Both the position numbers and the translations under genes were made by a program. The notes beneath the pieces are model-generated. The model was not told where the DNA came from and made no database searches. It worked only from the letters and a program-made list of their open reading frames with translations. Below, piece after piece: positions 53,798 through 64,000 of a DNA stretch of 64,000 nucleotides. Every line of letters starts with the position of its first letter. Position 1 is the first letter of the stretch. Location: assembly GCA_963728405.1 (NCBI GenBank), contig CAVSJV010000013.1, positions 1 to 64,000 of the forward strand, written 5' to 3'. This stretch comes from Methanomassiliicoccaceae archaeon. GTDB taxonomy: Archaea > Thermoplasmatota > Thermoplasmata > Methanomassiliicoccales > Methanomassiliicoccaceae.

Positions 53798-53904
53798 GCA
53801 ACATGACCATCTTTTGCCGGACGTCAAATAAATCTGGCATAACTGATGAGCAAGGTCGATAAGGGAATCAAGTTTTTATATGACCCTCCGCATCACAAGT
53901 TTTA

Positions 53905-54810
53905 ATGCGGCCACAGGACCGAATATCGGAGCTGAAGAAGGAGCGGAACGCCGTCATCCTTGCCCATAACTATCAGGTGCCGGAGATCCAGGACATAGCA
54001 GATTTCGTAGGGGACTCCCTGGGATTGGCCATGGCCGCTTCGAAGACAGCCGCCGACGTCATCGTGTTCTGCGGGGTCGATTTCATGGCCGAGAGCGCCA
54101 AGATTCTTAATCCTTCCAAAACAGTCCTTCATCCTGAGCCCAAGGCGAAGTGTCCAATGGCCGCCATGTGCGAGCCCCAGGGGGTCAAGATGTTGAAAAA
54201 GGACTTCCCACGTGCCGAGGTGGTGGCCTACGTTAACACCTCAGCAGAATGCAAGGCCGAGGCCGATGTCTGTTGCACATCGTCCAATGCGGTCAAGGTC
54301 GTAAACAGCCTTGATTCTGAGCTGGTCATCTTTATACCGGACGAGAATCTCGCTTCCTTCGTCCAGAGATCGACAGAGAAGGATGTCATCCCCTGGCCAG
54401 GATACTGCCCGACCCATGAGTCGATCACCGTGGAAAAGTTGAAGAAGCTGAAAGAGGAGCACCCCGGAGCTGTCATCCTGGTCCATCCAGAGTGCCGCCC
54501 CGATGTGATCGATATGGCCGATGCCACCCGGTCCACGGAGGGCATGATCAAGTTCGTCAAGGAATCTCCCAAGACCGAGTTCATCATCGGGACCGAGCAG
54601 GAGATGCTCTACCGTCTCAGTAAGGAGTGTCCGGACAAGATATTTTACTCCGTCCCCGGCGCTGTCTGTCCGACCATGAAGCTGATCACCTTGGCCAACG
54701 TCCTGGCGGCCCTGGAATCGATGTCCCCCGAGGTCATCTTGAACCCGGAACTGATGGACAAGGCACGCAAGCCCCTCCAGCGTATGATGGATATAGGTCG
54801 CGGGGACTAG
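53905..54810 (+). CDS. nadA: Quinolinate synthase
   Basis: ILAHNYQ, GDSL, FCGVDFMAE, CPMA, CCTSSNA, HPEC, CPTM. Confidence 0.96.
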   Translation: MRPQDRISELKKERNAVILAHNYQVPEIQDIADFVGDSLGLAMAASKTAADVIVFCGVDFMAESAKILNPSKTVLHPEPKAKCPMAAMCEPQGVKMLKKDFPRAEVVAYVNTSAECKAEADVCCTSSNAVKVVNSLDSELVIFIPDENLASFVQRSTEKDVIPWPGYCPTHESITVEKLKKLKEEHPGAVILVHPECRPDVIDMADATRSTEGMIKFVKESPKTEFIIGTEQEMLYRLSKECPDKIFYSVPGAVCPTMKLITLANVLAALESMSPEVILNPELMDKARKPLQRMMDIGRGD

Positions 54811-54961
54811 GCGGCGAGGCCTGGGCTATTCACGGCCTTGCCCTCAAATCGCTTATTAGTGTTGTGTATTGTCCATTTTCGGACCGTATGGAGCAAACTT
54901 CCACTCCTTTGGGTCCAAGGTCCCAATGACGAGGAAGGTCGTCGGGGGCTGACGGGCCGAA

Positions 54962-55280
54962 CTATTCCCAGGCGCCGTAGGCGCTATGCTTGGTGAGCTT
55001 TGCTCTGTTCCACATCCTGTCATGTAACGTTATGGTCACGGTCTTGTTGCATGCTTTGTTGGTCCGCTCCATGTGTGCAAGGAGCAAAGCTCGCTGGTCC
55101 ATGCTCACATGAATATCTAGCATCATGGCCGACAGCATACATATGTCCTACAATGGGGCAGATAGACGTCTTACCAGAAGGTGTCCCGAAATGCGCGGCT
55201 TTCTCCGTTTCGCAGGGAGATACCGCTGCACGGTCAGTTGAAGCATGAAAGGCCCCGCCCGAACGGGCGAGGTAGCGCAC
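54962..55280 (-). mobile_element. Degenerate IS200/IS605-family relic (end hairpin plus TnpB N-terminus)
   Basis: Minus-strand GTGCGCTACCTCGCCCGTTCGGGCGGGGCCTTTC hairpin, then a 58-aa ORF at 55138-54962 resembling a TnpB N-terminus. Confidence 0.55.
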
Positions 55281-55322
55281 TGTAGTTGCGATGGAGAAAG
55301 AAAAAAGGGTTTCTGAAGAGAT

Positions 55323-56826
55323 TTACGGCCTCTTGTATCCCGGAGGCACCTGGTACTGATATCTGTCGTTCTTCTTCCGGGAGCGGCGGCGGAGCGCCAT
55401 CATGGTCACCAGTGAGACGCCGCATACCACGCCGACGGCGATGAGCACTAGGAAGATCACTACTGGGTTGACCTCCCCAACGATATTCAGTTGGAATGCG
55501 CCGGCCTCGAAGGTCGGATCATGGACTATGTTCTCACCGGCGGGGTAGATGTATCCTCCGATGACGGCGATGCCCCTGATCTCTCCATCCTTGGGTCGGT
55601 CGAAGTCCTTCACCTTATCGATGCTGTCCCCAGCGTGCACCTGGTAGTACATCTGGGCCTCATAGCCATCCACGGTGACATTGCTGACCCAGGTGAGCTG
55701 ACCTACCCGCTGCCAATTGTCACGGTACTCGATCTTGTTCTTGGCCACCTTGATCGAGTGGTCCGGCGCATCGGTAGCGGTGGCATTGGTGCCGGCCGCC
55801 TCATAAACCATCGTTCCAGCTCCGTTGGATATGCTCGAATCGAGGAACTGGGCGGACATCCACTTATGGACGATCTCCGGGATGAAAGTGCCCATGAACA
55901 CGATGTTCTCGAGCATCAGTTTGGACGTGTTGCTCTGGGCAGTGTAGTCCCAGCCGTTGATGATGTGGTCGTACTTGAACTCCGCATTGACCGATGTGCC
56001 CGTATAGTTCTTGGCCTCGGTCTGCTTGGAAGAGATGATCTGGTTGTTCCCGTTGATCTTGACGTCATACCAGGGAACGGTGGCCTCCATCTGCTTGGCC
56101 GAGGCATCGATGTGGAAGACGAACTCGACCTTGGATACTACCCCGTCGTCTATGGTCCCGGCCCGAGAACCATCGGTATTGGTGGCCGGCTGGTCGTCCC
56201 AGATCTTAGTGTACATGAGGTCGGTGGCGGAGAGAGCGAAATCAAAGTGCTTGGTACCGTTCGCTTCATCGGTCACGGTGGTGATCTCCCCAACCGACCA
56301 GACCGCGTTCTTCAGATCGATGGTCTTGTAGACCGGTTCTACCGCCCAGATGCCGAAGTTGTCCAGAGAACGGTTCCCATAGAAATCGAAGACCCCATTG
56401 CCTGCGCCGTACCGGCCCCCATGACCGTCCGGAAGCCCCGTATCATTGAACTCGATCAGAGCGTCGAGCTGCTGGAAAAATACTGTCAGCACAGGTATGG
56501 GTACGGCTGAGACCATCATTCCGCCGTTCTCGTCACGTACGGTCGCGCCGCCCAGATAGCGGACGTAGGCCCCGACAAGAGTGGGGGCATTGGGGTGCTC
56601 GGGCGTACCATACACAACCCCGAACCAGGCAGCATTATCGCCCCTTGTCATGTTCACGGCGACAAAATCGCCGCCACCGAACTCGGTGGTCGTACCCTGT
56701 TCAAGCTGGATCCGGTCGAGAGGGTCCTCTTCCGGGGCAGCGGACACGATGGAAACGAGCCCGGTGCAGAGCATCAGACCGACCAGCGTTATCGCACATA
56801 TCGCTGTGAGATAGAGATCTCATCAT
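55323..56826 (-). CDS. Large secreted/surface protein with C-terminal TM anchor (frameshift near the start)
   Basis: GAGGT RBS, signal peptide, beta-rich body, IVHDP, TM helix plus basic tail. Confidence 0.8.
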
Positions 56827-56938
56827 TGTTACCTCGACCCCGGTATCCTCGCTAGGGCAGAATATAGACCGAGGGACAAATCTTGCTGAACTTTGTTTCC
56901 TATCCCTTTATATATCAGGATACCGAGTTCTTTGGGAA

Positions 56939-57775
56939 TGAGCCAGGCGGACATCCGGGCGGTGGACAACCCCATATCGGCGCTCTTCGATCTTTCCGAG
57001 GACAGTCAACAACGAAGCGCCCAGGTTCCGCAAGCTGGTACGCTATGCCTCAGCCTTCGTCATAATCTGGCTAGTGGTGGACTTTATTCTCATCCTGGCC
57101 ACCATCCGTGAAAGCCTACTGGTCGGCGGTCTTCTTATCGCTATCTTCATCCTCGGCCTGGCAACCCTGAGCATGCTGATGGGCATGAATGATTTCTTCC
57201 GCTATTATGTCATGAGACATCGGGCGATCATGAGCGTTCGGAACGATGAACCGATCATCAAGGTACCTTCCGGTCCTACTCCTACGGCCCGATTGCTCGT
57301 TCATTTACAATCTCGGAACCCCGAGCTGAACTATCTCTACGCGGCTAACTACGTCCCCTCGCCAATGGCCGTCCGGGGGCGGTCGGGAACCGTCTACCCG
57401 CTCGATGTGTACATGACCCGGCATTCGAGCTTCACGTGGTGGCTCATCGGACGCGGTTACCCGGGCTATCAGCTGTATATAAAGGTGTTCGATCATGCGC
57501 CCCGGCCGGAGGAGCTTATGTGGTTCAAGGCAGCGGCCGAGGACATAGCCCGAGCAAAGCGGATGCCCGCATCCCGGGTCATCGCCCTGTGGCCCCGTCA
57601 CAGCGAGGACGAACTGTCGGAGGAATCCTATAACATTCTGATGTCCCAGGTGGTCCGCTCGTCGCACCGGGGCAAGCAATTCGCCAGCTCATTGGAACTG
57701 ATCATGGAGAACGATGACGGCACCTACGAGTTCATACCGTACATTGCCGATCAGGTCCGTTTCTCGTCCCGATGA
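56939..57775 (+). CDS. Hypothetical membrane protein (frameshifts near 57000-57070)
   Basis: ORFs 56893-57111 and 57074-57775; two TM helices. Confidence 0.6.
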
Positions 57776-58149
57776 GCCCAGTACGGTAGTCCTCGGTAGC
57801 GGTAATGCTCCCTGATCTGTTCTTCGTAGATGCTCAGGAAGAACTCATTGTACTTGCGGACGTAAAGGACCCCAGACCTGGTGATCTTTATCTCGTACCT
57901 CCCCTCTATTTTTTCCACACGGACCAGTCCATCCTGTTCCAGTTGTTCGATGACCTTATTGGTCATAAAATGGTTCGAGCGGATCTCGTGCTTGATCTCT
58001 TCCTTGCTGACCCCTGGACGGTCTGTGGACATGACCTGGTCCAACTTACCCTCCAGCCCCGGCTGATATAGATCGATCCCCAGCTCCGAGACTAGGCGAT
58101 TGAGGGTGAAGCACCCGTAAATTTTGCTGTCCTTGTTGCTCTTGGACAT
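57751..58149 (-). CDS. Winged-helix domain protein
   Basis: SKEEIKHEI..NKVIEQLEQDGLV..YEIKITRSG. Confidence 0.7.
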   Translation of the reverse strand: MSKSNKDSKIYGCFTLNRLVSELGIDLYQPGLEGKLDQVMSTDRPGVSKEEIKHEIRSNHFMTNKVIEQLEQDGLVRVEKIEGRYEIKITRSGVLYVRKYNEFFLSIYEEQIREHYRYRGLPYWAHRDEKRT

Positions 58150-58384
58150 CCTGGGTCTGAAAACATATCGTTTGGTGCTTAATAAGCGCTATCGTGCTTC
58201 TTCATCATCATTAAAGTTATGACGGCCATCCAGCAGATCCGCGTGTCGGGCCTGGGGCTAGGATTATATAACTTGAGTTTTCATAATTAACGACGGTCCT
58301 TATGGGTGCAACGGTCTGGGCGGGACGAACGGGCCCAATAAAGTGGCCTAAACAAGGACATCCAACTATTATGGTGGGATTGCT

Positions 58385-60367
58385 GTGATGATGACCGGCG
58401 GTTATGATGTGCTCATAGAGATCAATGAAAGATTAGTTAATCATGCGTTGGCCGCGGCCTTCTATTCCTCGTTCTATACGACCTTCGAGGGATCGGTCGT
58501 CCCCAAGGTCAGGGGGCCCTTCGAAGATCTTGCCCGGGTCGATTACCATATCGAGCTCAATGAGCCCCCGTTTATAGATTTCAGTCCTACGGATAAGATT
58601 AGGGCCCACCTCAACCTGAAGGCGATCATAAATGTCATCGGTCGAAAGGTTAGGACGGATGTCTCCGTCGACCTGTTAGGTCGGATGACTCTCGACCCCA
58701 TTACTAAGGAGATATCGCTAGATGTCCAGGAGGTCAGGATAGGTGAGCTTCGATTCCTCGATCGTTACGAACTTCCGAAGATCGCTCGAAATCTGGTCAA
58801 TGAGGCCTTAGTCATGGTCATCCATTCCAACTTCGTCAAAGGCATAGGGGTTGGTGGGCTGAAGGAGTTCAACGTCCCGGTCACCGCCGCGCCCGATATA
58901 ATCCATCTGGGGGACGAGATAAGGATATTCCTCCTACCGGGCTTTCCGGGAATGACCATCAAGATACCGTCGGTCGATGTGGAGGTCTCCTCGCTCGTTC
59001 CCGCTGAAACATTGGTAGTTGGCGAGGTCGATATGGCCGTGTCCCCTGGTTTTTTTGGTATCATTAGCGACCAGAGCATGGCCCTGGCCATCTCGATGGG
59101 GGATAACGTCGTAGGGGACCCCGCCAGCATCAAGGACTTCACCGAAGGCAATGATCTGGCCATCGGCCTTTCCGAAGTGTCGCTGAACCGCATTCTGGAC
59201 CAGGCCTGGTCACGGGTCCCTCGGGACTTAACGGTAAATGGCCACATACCTGTGGACAATGTCCGTGAGCTATTGGACTCTCTTCAGGGCATAAAGGATA
59301 TGCCCAGTAGGTTCGAGACCCTTGGCCTGAACAAAAAGAACACCGAGGTCGAAAAAGCATGGGTCGATTTCTCAGCGACCATCAATCCTGAGAAGCCAAA
59401 GGTCCGCATGGGTGAGGGAGGCACCTTCGAGATCTATGACACTAGGGTCCCGGGGAAAGCTCAGGCAGTTGTGAGAGCGACCAATGTTATTACCACTCGA
59501 AAGGGGCAGAGTGCATTCTCCGCCCTCCTATGGGGCGAGCCCAAGGAAGAGAAGCCGCCCGAAACGAAAAGAGAGGAGGTGACGGTCTACAACTTTGACT
59601 CGAGCATCGAGATCCTGCTGAAGCGCGTGGTCATAGCCTTAATGGTCAATAGTGATGGGCGATTAAAGATCGATGTCACCGATGTGGATTTCTTCCTTGA
59701 CATTCCCTGGCATCTGCCCAAGTTCGTTCTTGAAAGTATCAGCAATAGAATCGAGGATACCATAAAGAGAGATTTCCCCGCCTTCGATCTGACCGAAATG
59801 CTCCAGGAAAAACTGGCACCGATGTTCCCTTTTACTCCGCAGCTTAAGATAGTCAAGGTCTCCACCGAAGGCTCAGAAGCGTTGATCATCGGGAATCTGG
59901 AATTCAAGGAGGTCCCCCGGCACATTGTGCCCGTTCCGAGCTTCGTGGCAGATCCGAGGACCGCCAATAGGGAGGTCCATCGGGCGTCCTGTCCGTCCGT
60001 CCGGAAGATCCCAGAGCATGCCCAGATCGGCTATACTTCGCTCTATGATGCCCTGGCCGAAGGGCTGCGAGGGGCGAGGGATTGTCTTCCTGAGTTCAGC
60101 CGAGGTTTTGTGGAAAAGGAAAAGGCGGTCACGATCCCCGAGATCGATGTATCAATGGCCCCATCGAGAAAGGAAATTGCCATCTCCGGTGAGGAGCTGC
60201 TCAAACCCATCCCCTTAATGGAGGTCAAAGTTCCGATCGTCCATGAAAACATCGTGATCCAATCAGGCGAAAAGACTGCTGATAGAGCTAGCGATGAAAT
60301 AAAGAGCGAAGAACATCAGGATCGCCCCGCACCCGGCAAAAAGGATTCGATACCTCCTGCCGGTTAG
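58385..60367 (+). CDS. Large hypothetical protein, possibly BPI/TULIP-like fold plus Ada-like metal-binding domain
   Basis: Internal repeat D.LI.I.E..VN..L / DLAIGLSE.SLNRIL; VHRASC..ALAEGLRGARDC. Confidence 0.55.
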   Translation: MMMTGGYDVLIEINERLVNHALAAAFYSSFYTTFEGSVVPKVRGPFEDLARVDYHIELNEPPFIDFSPTDKIRAHLNLKAIINVIGRKVRTDVSVDLLGRMTLDPITKEISLDVQEVRIGELRFLDRYELPKIARNLVNEALVMVIHSNFVKGIGVGGLKEFNVPVTAAPDIIHLGDEIRIFLLPGFPGMTIKIPSVDVEVSSLVPAETLVVGEVDMAVSPGFFGIISDQSMALAISMGDNVVGDPASIKDFTEGNDLAIGLSEVSLNRILDQAWSRVPRDLTVNGHIPVDNVRELLDSLQGIKDMPSRFETLGLNKKNTEVEKAWVDFSATINPEKPKVRMGEGGTFEIYDTRVPGKAQAVVRATNVITTRKGQSAFSALLWGEPKEEKPPETKREEVTVYNFDSSIEILLKRVVIALMVNSDGRLKIDVTDVDFFLDIPWHLPKFVLESISNRIEDTIKRDFPAFDLTEMLQEKLAPMFPFTPQLKIVKVSTEGSEALIIGNLEFKEVPRHIVPVPSFVADPRTANREVHRASCPSVRKIPEHAQIGYTSLYDALAEGLRGARDCLPEFSRGFVEKEKAVTIPEIDVSMAPSRKEIAISGEELLKPIPLMEVKVPIVHENIVIQSGEKTADRASDEIKSEEHQDRPAPGKKDSIPPAG

Positions 60368-60904
60368 GAAGGTACGGGACCGGTTGACCGAGAATGAGAC
60401 AAACTGCAGCCAGCCGAGATCGCACGCCAGGTGGACGGCCGCAAACACCGGTAACATGATGAGCCCGTACCCGGAGGCTATGCTTATCAGTGATGCTCCC
60501 ACCGTTGCCCACCAGAGGAGAAAGTAAGGATTTATGGCGGTCAGAGCGATGCCGGCAGTGAAGGGCCCCAGTTTTGACCCATGGGCCTGTTCCCCGTTCA
60601 TTTTTGTACGGACCATGGAAATGCCCATGTAGATCAAGAAAGCGCCGCCGATTATGCCGATGGCGGCGAAGACCGACCTCTCCTTCAGCACCGCCTCGAA
60701 ACCTAGGAAGATAGCGACAATGAGCGGTATCTCGATGACCGCGTGGCCAGCAGATATCTTCAGACCGGCCCGGGCATCTTGGTAACCTTTGGCCACGGTG
60801 GTAGCGAAGATCGGACCGGGCATGATGACTCCTGATAGCGAGATGAACGCTACTATGGCCAGGAAGATCAGGGGGTCGGTTGCTCCATCCATAATCCGTT
60901 CCAT
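60263..60904 (-). CDS. LysE-family transporter
   Basis: SGVIMPGP, GHAVIE, NPYFLLWW, H..CD..W. Confidence 0.9.
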   Translation of the reverse strand: MERIMDGATDPLIFLAIVAFISLSGVIMPGPIFATTVAKGYQDARAGLKISAGHAVIEIPLIVAIFLGFEAVLKERSVFAAIGIIGGAFLIYMGISMVRTKMNGEQAHGSKLGPFTAGIALTAINPYFLLWWATVGASLISIASGYGLIMLPVFAAVHLACDLGWLQFVSFSVNRSRTFLTGRRYRILFAGCGAILMFFALYFIASSISSLFA

Positions 60905-61270
60905 GCGGACAGTGATATTTATCGGTTGGCCATTTTGATTAGGAGGCTTAAAACAGCCCTTTCATTCCGTTGCACCTAGGGCCGGAAAGTGAGTTGACCA
61001 CGGGGCGCTGGCCGTTCGGAAATGTCCCCTCGTTTGGGAAGAATCTCTGTTTCCAGTAGCTCCCTCTGCTCGATATGTTCTGCTGGCCCATGAAAGACGG
61101 AGAGAGGCCATTCTGATGATTGCGCCAATGATGCTTCACTCGGTGGCGGAACAGTTCCTACATCGTCGTATTAGATGACCTTACCTATACGCCCCGCGCA
61201 TTTGCTCAACTGTCTTGCGGATACCCACCAAATCGACTCCATGCGGGGGATGCATATCGGAATGATGGCC

Positions 61271-61531
61271 CTAATGTCCAATCCCCTGGTGGGTGGCACA
61301 ATCCTGGCTGATCATCAGGGTCATGGTATTGCGGACCCCTGGAATTGAGCGCACGCTTTTCATTAGCGTTGCTTCCAACCCATCTATGGTTGCCGCGGTC
61401 AGCACGGCCACAACATCATAGACGCCATAGACCAGATAGGCCTTCTCCACACCTTCGAGAGCGCATACACTGTCGATCACATCCTGCTCTTTACCGATAT
61501 CGCAATTGATGAGCACGACCGCGCTGGGCAT
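61271..61531 (-). CDS. Stand-alone Lrp/AsnC ligand-binding domain
   Basis: AVVLIN, VYGVYDVV, IPGV..T.T. Confidence 0.88.
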   Translation of the reverse strand: MPSAVVLINCDIGKEQDVIDSVCALEGVEKAYLVYGVYDVVAVLTAATIDGLEATLMKSVRSIPGVRNTMTLMISQDCATHQGIGH

Positions 61532-61594
61532 CGTATGAATAGTCGGTTCCCCGCCTAGTTTAATTTTTCCTGGCGGTACGAGCTGGGCTACTGG

Positions 61595-62938
61595 TCATCG
61601 GGTCTGCGGAAGGGAATCGCCCTCGATGATGAGAAGGGGGTCAGCGGGCCCGTTAGCAGTTGATGGGGCCTTCAACGCGGATCGGGGTCCCTCTCGTTTT
61701 TCGACCATCTTGTCAAGAAAGCACTCCTTCTTCAGGCAACGCCAGGCGATATCCAACATGAACAAGATGCCGATGGCGACCAGCACTAGGGCGACGACCC
61801 AGGAGTAGGTGAAGTCCAGCCCCGGACCTCCTTTTTCCAATCCCTGGCCGAACAGCAGGGCGACATACATGGGAATGAGGCGCAGGGCGATGTCCCGGTG
61901 GCGGACCGCCCATACGGAGAAGAAGACGAAAGGTAGGATGAAGTAGCCCAGGCGGATCATCGGGTAGACGGTCAGGAACATGACCGTGGAGAGCATCGCT
62001 CCCCGCCATATGTCCAGCTTCCACCGATAGACCAGATAGTATGACAGCGCTAATACTCCGACAGTAATGCCTGCCCCGAACAGGCCCGGAATGACCAGTC
62101 CGCTTTTACCAACCAGATTGATGATGGACATGCCCGCGCTCCCCTCACCGCTCCTTCCTAACAAGTAATAGGATGGAAAGCCCAGGAACTCGATGGGACA
62201 GACCAGTAAGAACGGCAGGGCGATGAGGGCGGAGGTCAGAACCGCTACCCCTATGTTGACCAGGCGTTCTTTTCTACCTCTAAGCTTGACCAAAGTCACA
62301 GGGTATATGATTACAGGCAGGAATTTAGTCCAAAAACCAACTGCTACCGCGACAGCGGACCATTTTTTCAGGCCGTAGAGCATCAATAGGACTGGCAGGA
62401 CATAGAAGAACGCCACCAGCGGCTCATCCTGGATGCCCCAGGTCGCATCCTGAACGGCGAAGGGGCAGACAATGATCAGAAGGGCGGCGAGGAAGGCATA
62501 GTACTCGTCCCAGCGGCGCATGATGAAGTAGAGGGCCAGACCGGTCATAATGGGGAACAGCGAGAAGTAGGTCTCGTAAGCCCACCAATCTCCGCCAGCT
62601 ATCTGAGGGGGCAATAGAATATAATTTATCAGCGGCGGTGACTCTATGTCTAGGTCTCGGTAGATGATCCCTCCGTTAAGGATCAGGCTGGTCCTTTCCT
62701 GGTAGATGTGCAGGTCTGGAGTCGGTCCGAAAGAGGAGTCGAGCCAGGGCCTGATGACCAGGCCGTCGGCGAGGATGAACGAGCCATAGATCATTGCTCC
62801 CACTAACAGTAGGACGAATATTCTCTGCAGGTGGTTCATATTGTGCAGACGGGCGTTCATTCTCTTGAAAATACCATTCGCCATTAGCTCCGTGCTCCCG
62901 TACCACGAATCCTGGATATCCCAGATTTCGAGGGCCAT
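61595..62938 (-). CDS. GT-C membrane glycosyltransferase (GT87/DUF2029-like)
   Basis: PDL..Y, IYRD..ESPP, QDEP, KFLP; multiple TM helices. Confidence 0.75.
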   Translation of the reverse strand: MALEIWDIQDSWYGSTELMANGIFKRMNARLHNMNHLQRIFVLLLVGAMIYGSFILADGLVIRPWLDSSFGPTPDLHIYQERTSLILNGGIIYRDLDIESPPLINYILLPPQIAGGDWWAYETYFSLFPIMTGLALYFIMRRWDEYYAFLAALLIIVCPFAVQDATWGIQDEPLVAFFYVLPVLLMLYGLKKWSAVAVAVGFWTKFLPVIIYPVTLVKLRGRKERLVNIGVAVLTSALIALPFLLVCPIEFLGFPSYYLLGRSGEGSAGMSIINLVGKSGLVIPGLFGAGITVGVLALSYYLVYRWKLDIWRGAMLSTVMFLTVYPMIRLGYFILPFVFFSVWAVRHRDIALRLIPMYVALLFGQGLEKGGPGLDFTYSWVVALVLVAIGILFMLDIAWRCLKKECFLDKMVEKREGPRSALKAPSTANGPADPLLIIEGDSLPQTR

Positions 62939-63120
62939 ATCTTCGCAGATTTATATGAGCCTATGGAGAGCTGGGGCGTCAACAGTAACTATAATCTGTC
63001 CCACCCCCATCATGGGGCGGGATGCACCAGGTACTTTCGGTCCGGTGCCGCATTGGTCTAAATAGTACTGCACTTTGACTACAATGAGAAAAATGGTGGC
63101 CAGCAGAGTTCGGTGAATGG

Positions 63121-63663
63121 ATGAAAGGGTTAGAAATGCCGGTCGAGACATTGGCCTTCGTGGTCCTAGGGGAACCGTCTCCCGAGGGGAGCACCAAAGC
63201 ATTCTACATCAAGAAGCTCAATCGGACGGTCACCACTCACCAGAACCAGAAGAGCCTGGAGGCCTGGAGGAACAGGGTCGCCACCGAGGCCCAGCGTGTA
63301 CTCGAGGGGAGAGAGTGGACCGCCGATAATTGTTCCGCTTACATCGTGGATGTGGAGTTCATCCTCTCCCGCCCCCCCTCGGTCCCGGAGCATAAGCGCA
63401 AGCATCCTATCGTCAAACCGGATATCGATAAACTGGTGCGTGCGGTGAACGATGCTCTCACCGGTATACTGTTTGTCGACGATTGCCAGGTCGTGTCCAT
63501 GGCCATTTCTAAGGATTATGGTCGGGATCGGCGTCCTGGGGCTTACATCGAGGTGTCCCGCTACCCGAACCAGGCCGAGAGGCCAAAGAGCAGTAGAAAG
63601 CGGGCCCTGGCGTTTGTATCTTCTTTGGAGGAATGCACCTCCGATGACCCCCGGGACGATTAG
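63121..63663 (+). CDS. rusA: RusA-family Holliday junction resolvase
   Basis: P.P.GS, WR..V, KPDIDKL.RAV.DAL..DDCQV. Confidence 0.88.
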   Translation: MKGLEMPVETLAFVVLGEPSPEGSTKAFYIKKLNRTVTTHQNQKSLEAWRNRVATEAQRVLEGREWTADNCSAYIVDVEFILSRPPSVPEHKRKHPIVKPDIDKLVRAVNDALTGILFVDDCQVVSMAISKDYGRDRRPGAYIEVSRYPNQAERPKSSRKRALAFVSSLEECTSDDPRDD

Positions 63664-63796
63664 TTCTCGGGCATTTTAATCCGCCTAATGGGCCAACCTG
63701 TTGATCACGATCGTTCCGTTGTGGACCATGGGTACCCTATCGCCACAAATGTAATATTGGAAATGAAAAAAAATGTTTGGATGGGCCGTTTCCAGC

Positions 63797-64000
63797 TCAA
63801 GGCACTAGCCGGATGCGGTCACGGGGGAACAGGATGGTCTCCCTGATATTGGGTAGGTTGAGCATCTTCTGCACCATCCTCTCCACCCCTAAGCCCCAGC
63901 CACCATGAGGAGGCATGCCGAACTGGAAGGCGTCGAGATAGAAGCGGAAGGACTCCGGGTCCAGCCCCTTTTTCTGCATGCGCGCTACCAGGTGATCGTA
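63797..64000 (-). CDS. aspS: Aspartate--tRNA ligase, C-terminal part (truncated by the window)
   Basis: [33 protein letters not shown]. Confidence 0.93.
   Translation of the reverse strand, partial: YDHLVARMQKKGLDPESFRFYLDAFQFGMPPHGGWGLGVERMVQKMLNLPNIRETILFPRDRIRLVP

Noticed and set aside
3249-56826. Frameshifts in valS, glyS, iscU, feoB, radical SAM, lysE, cupin and acyltransferase as programmed frameshifting or pseudogenes
   Set aside because: They hit essential genes, share no slippery motif and some lie in homopolymers; sequencing indels are the simpler explanation
60910-61270. Intergenic region as a possible ncRNA or small ORF
   Set aside because: No convincing structure, RBS or coding signal
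62998-63050. Two GC-rich hairpins between the divergent glycosyltransferase and rusA genes
   Set aside because: Short, imperfect and single-copy; not enough to call an RNA or IS end
1-64000. CRISPR arrays, rRNA genes, long tandem repeats
   Set aside because: None detected by eye; a repeat finder would be needed to exclude short degenerate arrays

Overview
GC-rich archaeal chromosome segment. Gene content and protein style (archaeal aaRSs, Trm1, MptD, UbiD, class III pilins) point to Thermoplasmatota, most likely Methanomassiliicoccales (inference). Several essential genes (valS, glyS, iscU, feoB) carry single indels, so the sequence is probably an imperfectly polished long-read assembly and most frameshifts are likely artefacts. 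The window opens with the end of an integrated element (P-loop replication-like protein plus tyrosine integrase) abutting tRNA-Gly(GCC); the rest is mostly housekeeping genes. Highlights: (1) two tandem 399-aa proteins with four CBS domains fused to an HPF/RaiA ribosome-hibernation domain, downstream of an amidohydrolase-USP-CBS-glyS run; (2) a 380-aa AT-rich LAGLIDADG intein in the Fe-S scaffold IscU whose +1 residue is the first cluster-ligating Cys; (3) a collapsed RiPP locus joining a CbpA-like precursor to the C-terminal half of a CbpB-like radical SAM/SPASM enzyme; (4) an unannotated IS200/IS605 TnpB relic; (5) frequent use of TAG as a terminal stop codon. No CRISPR array or rRNA was seen.
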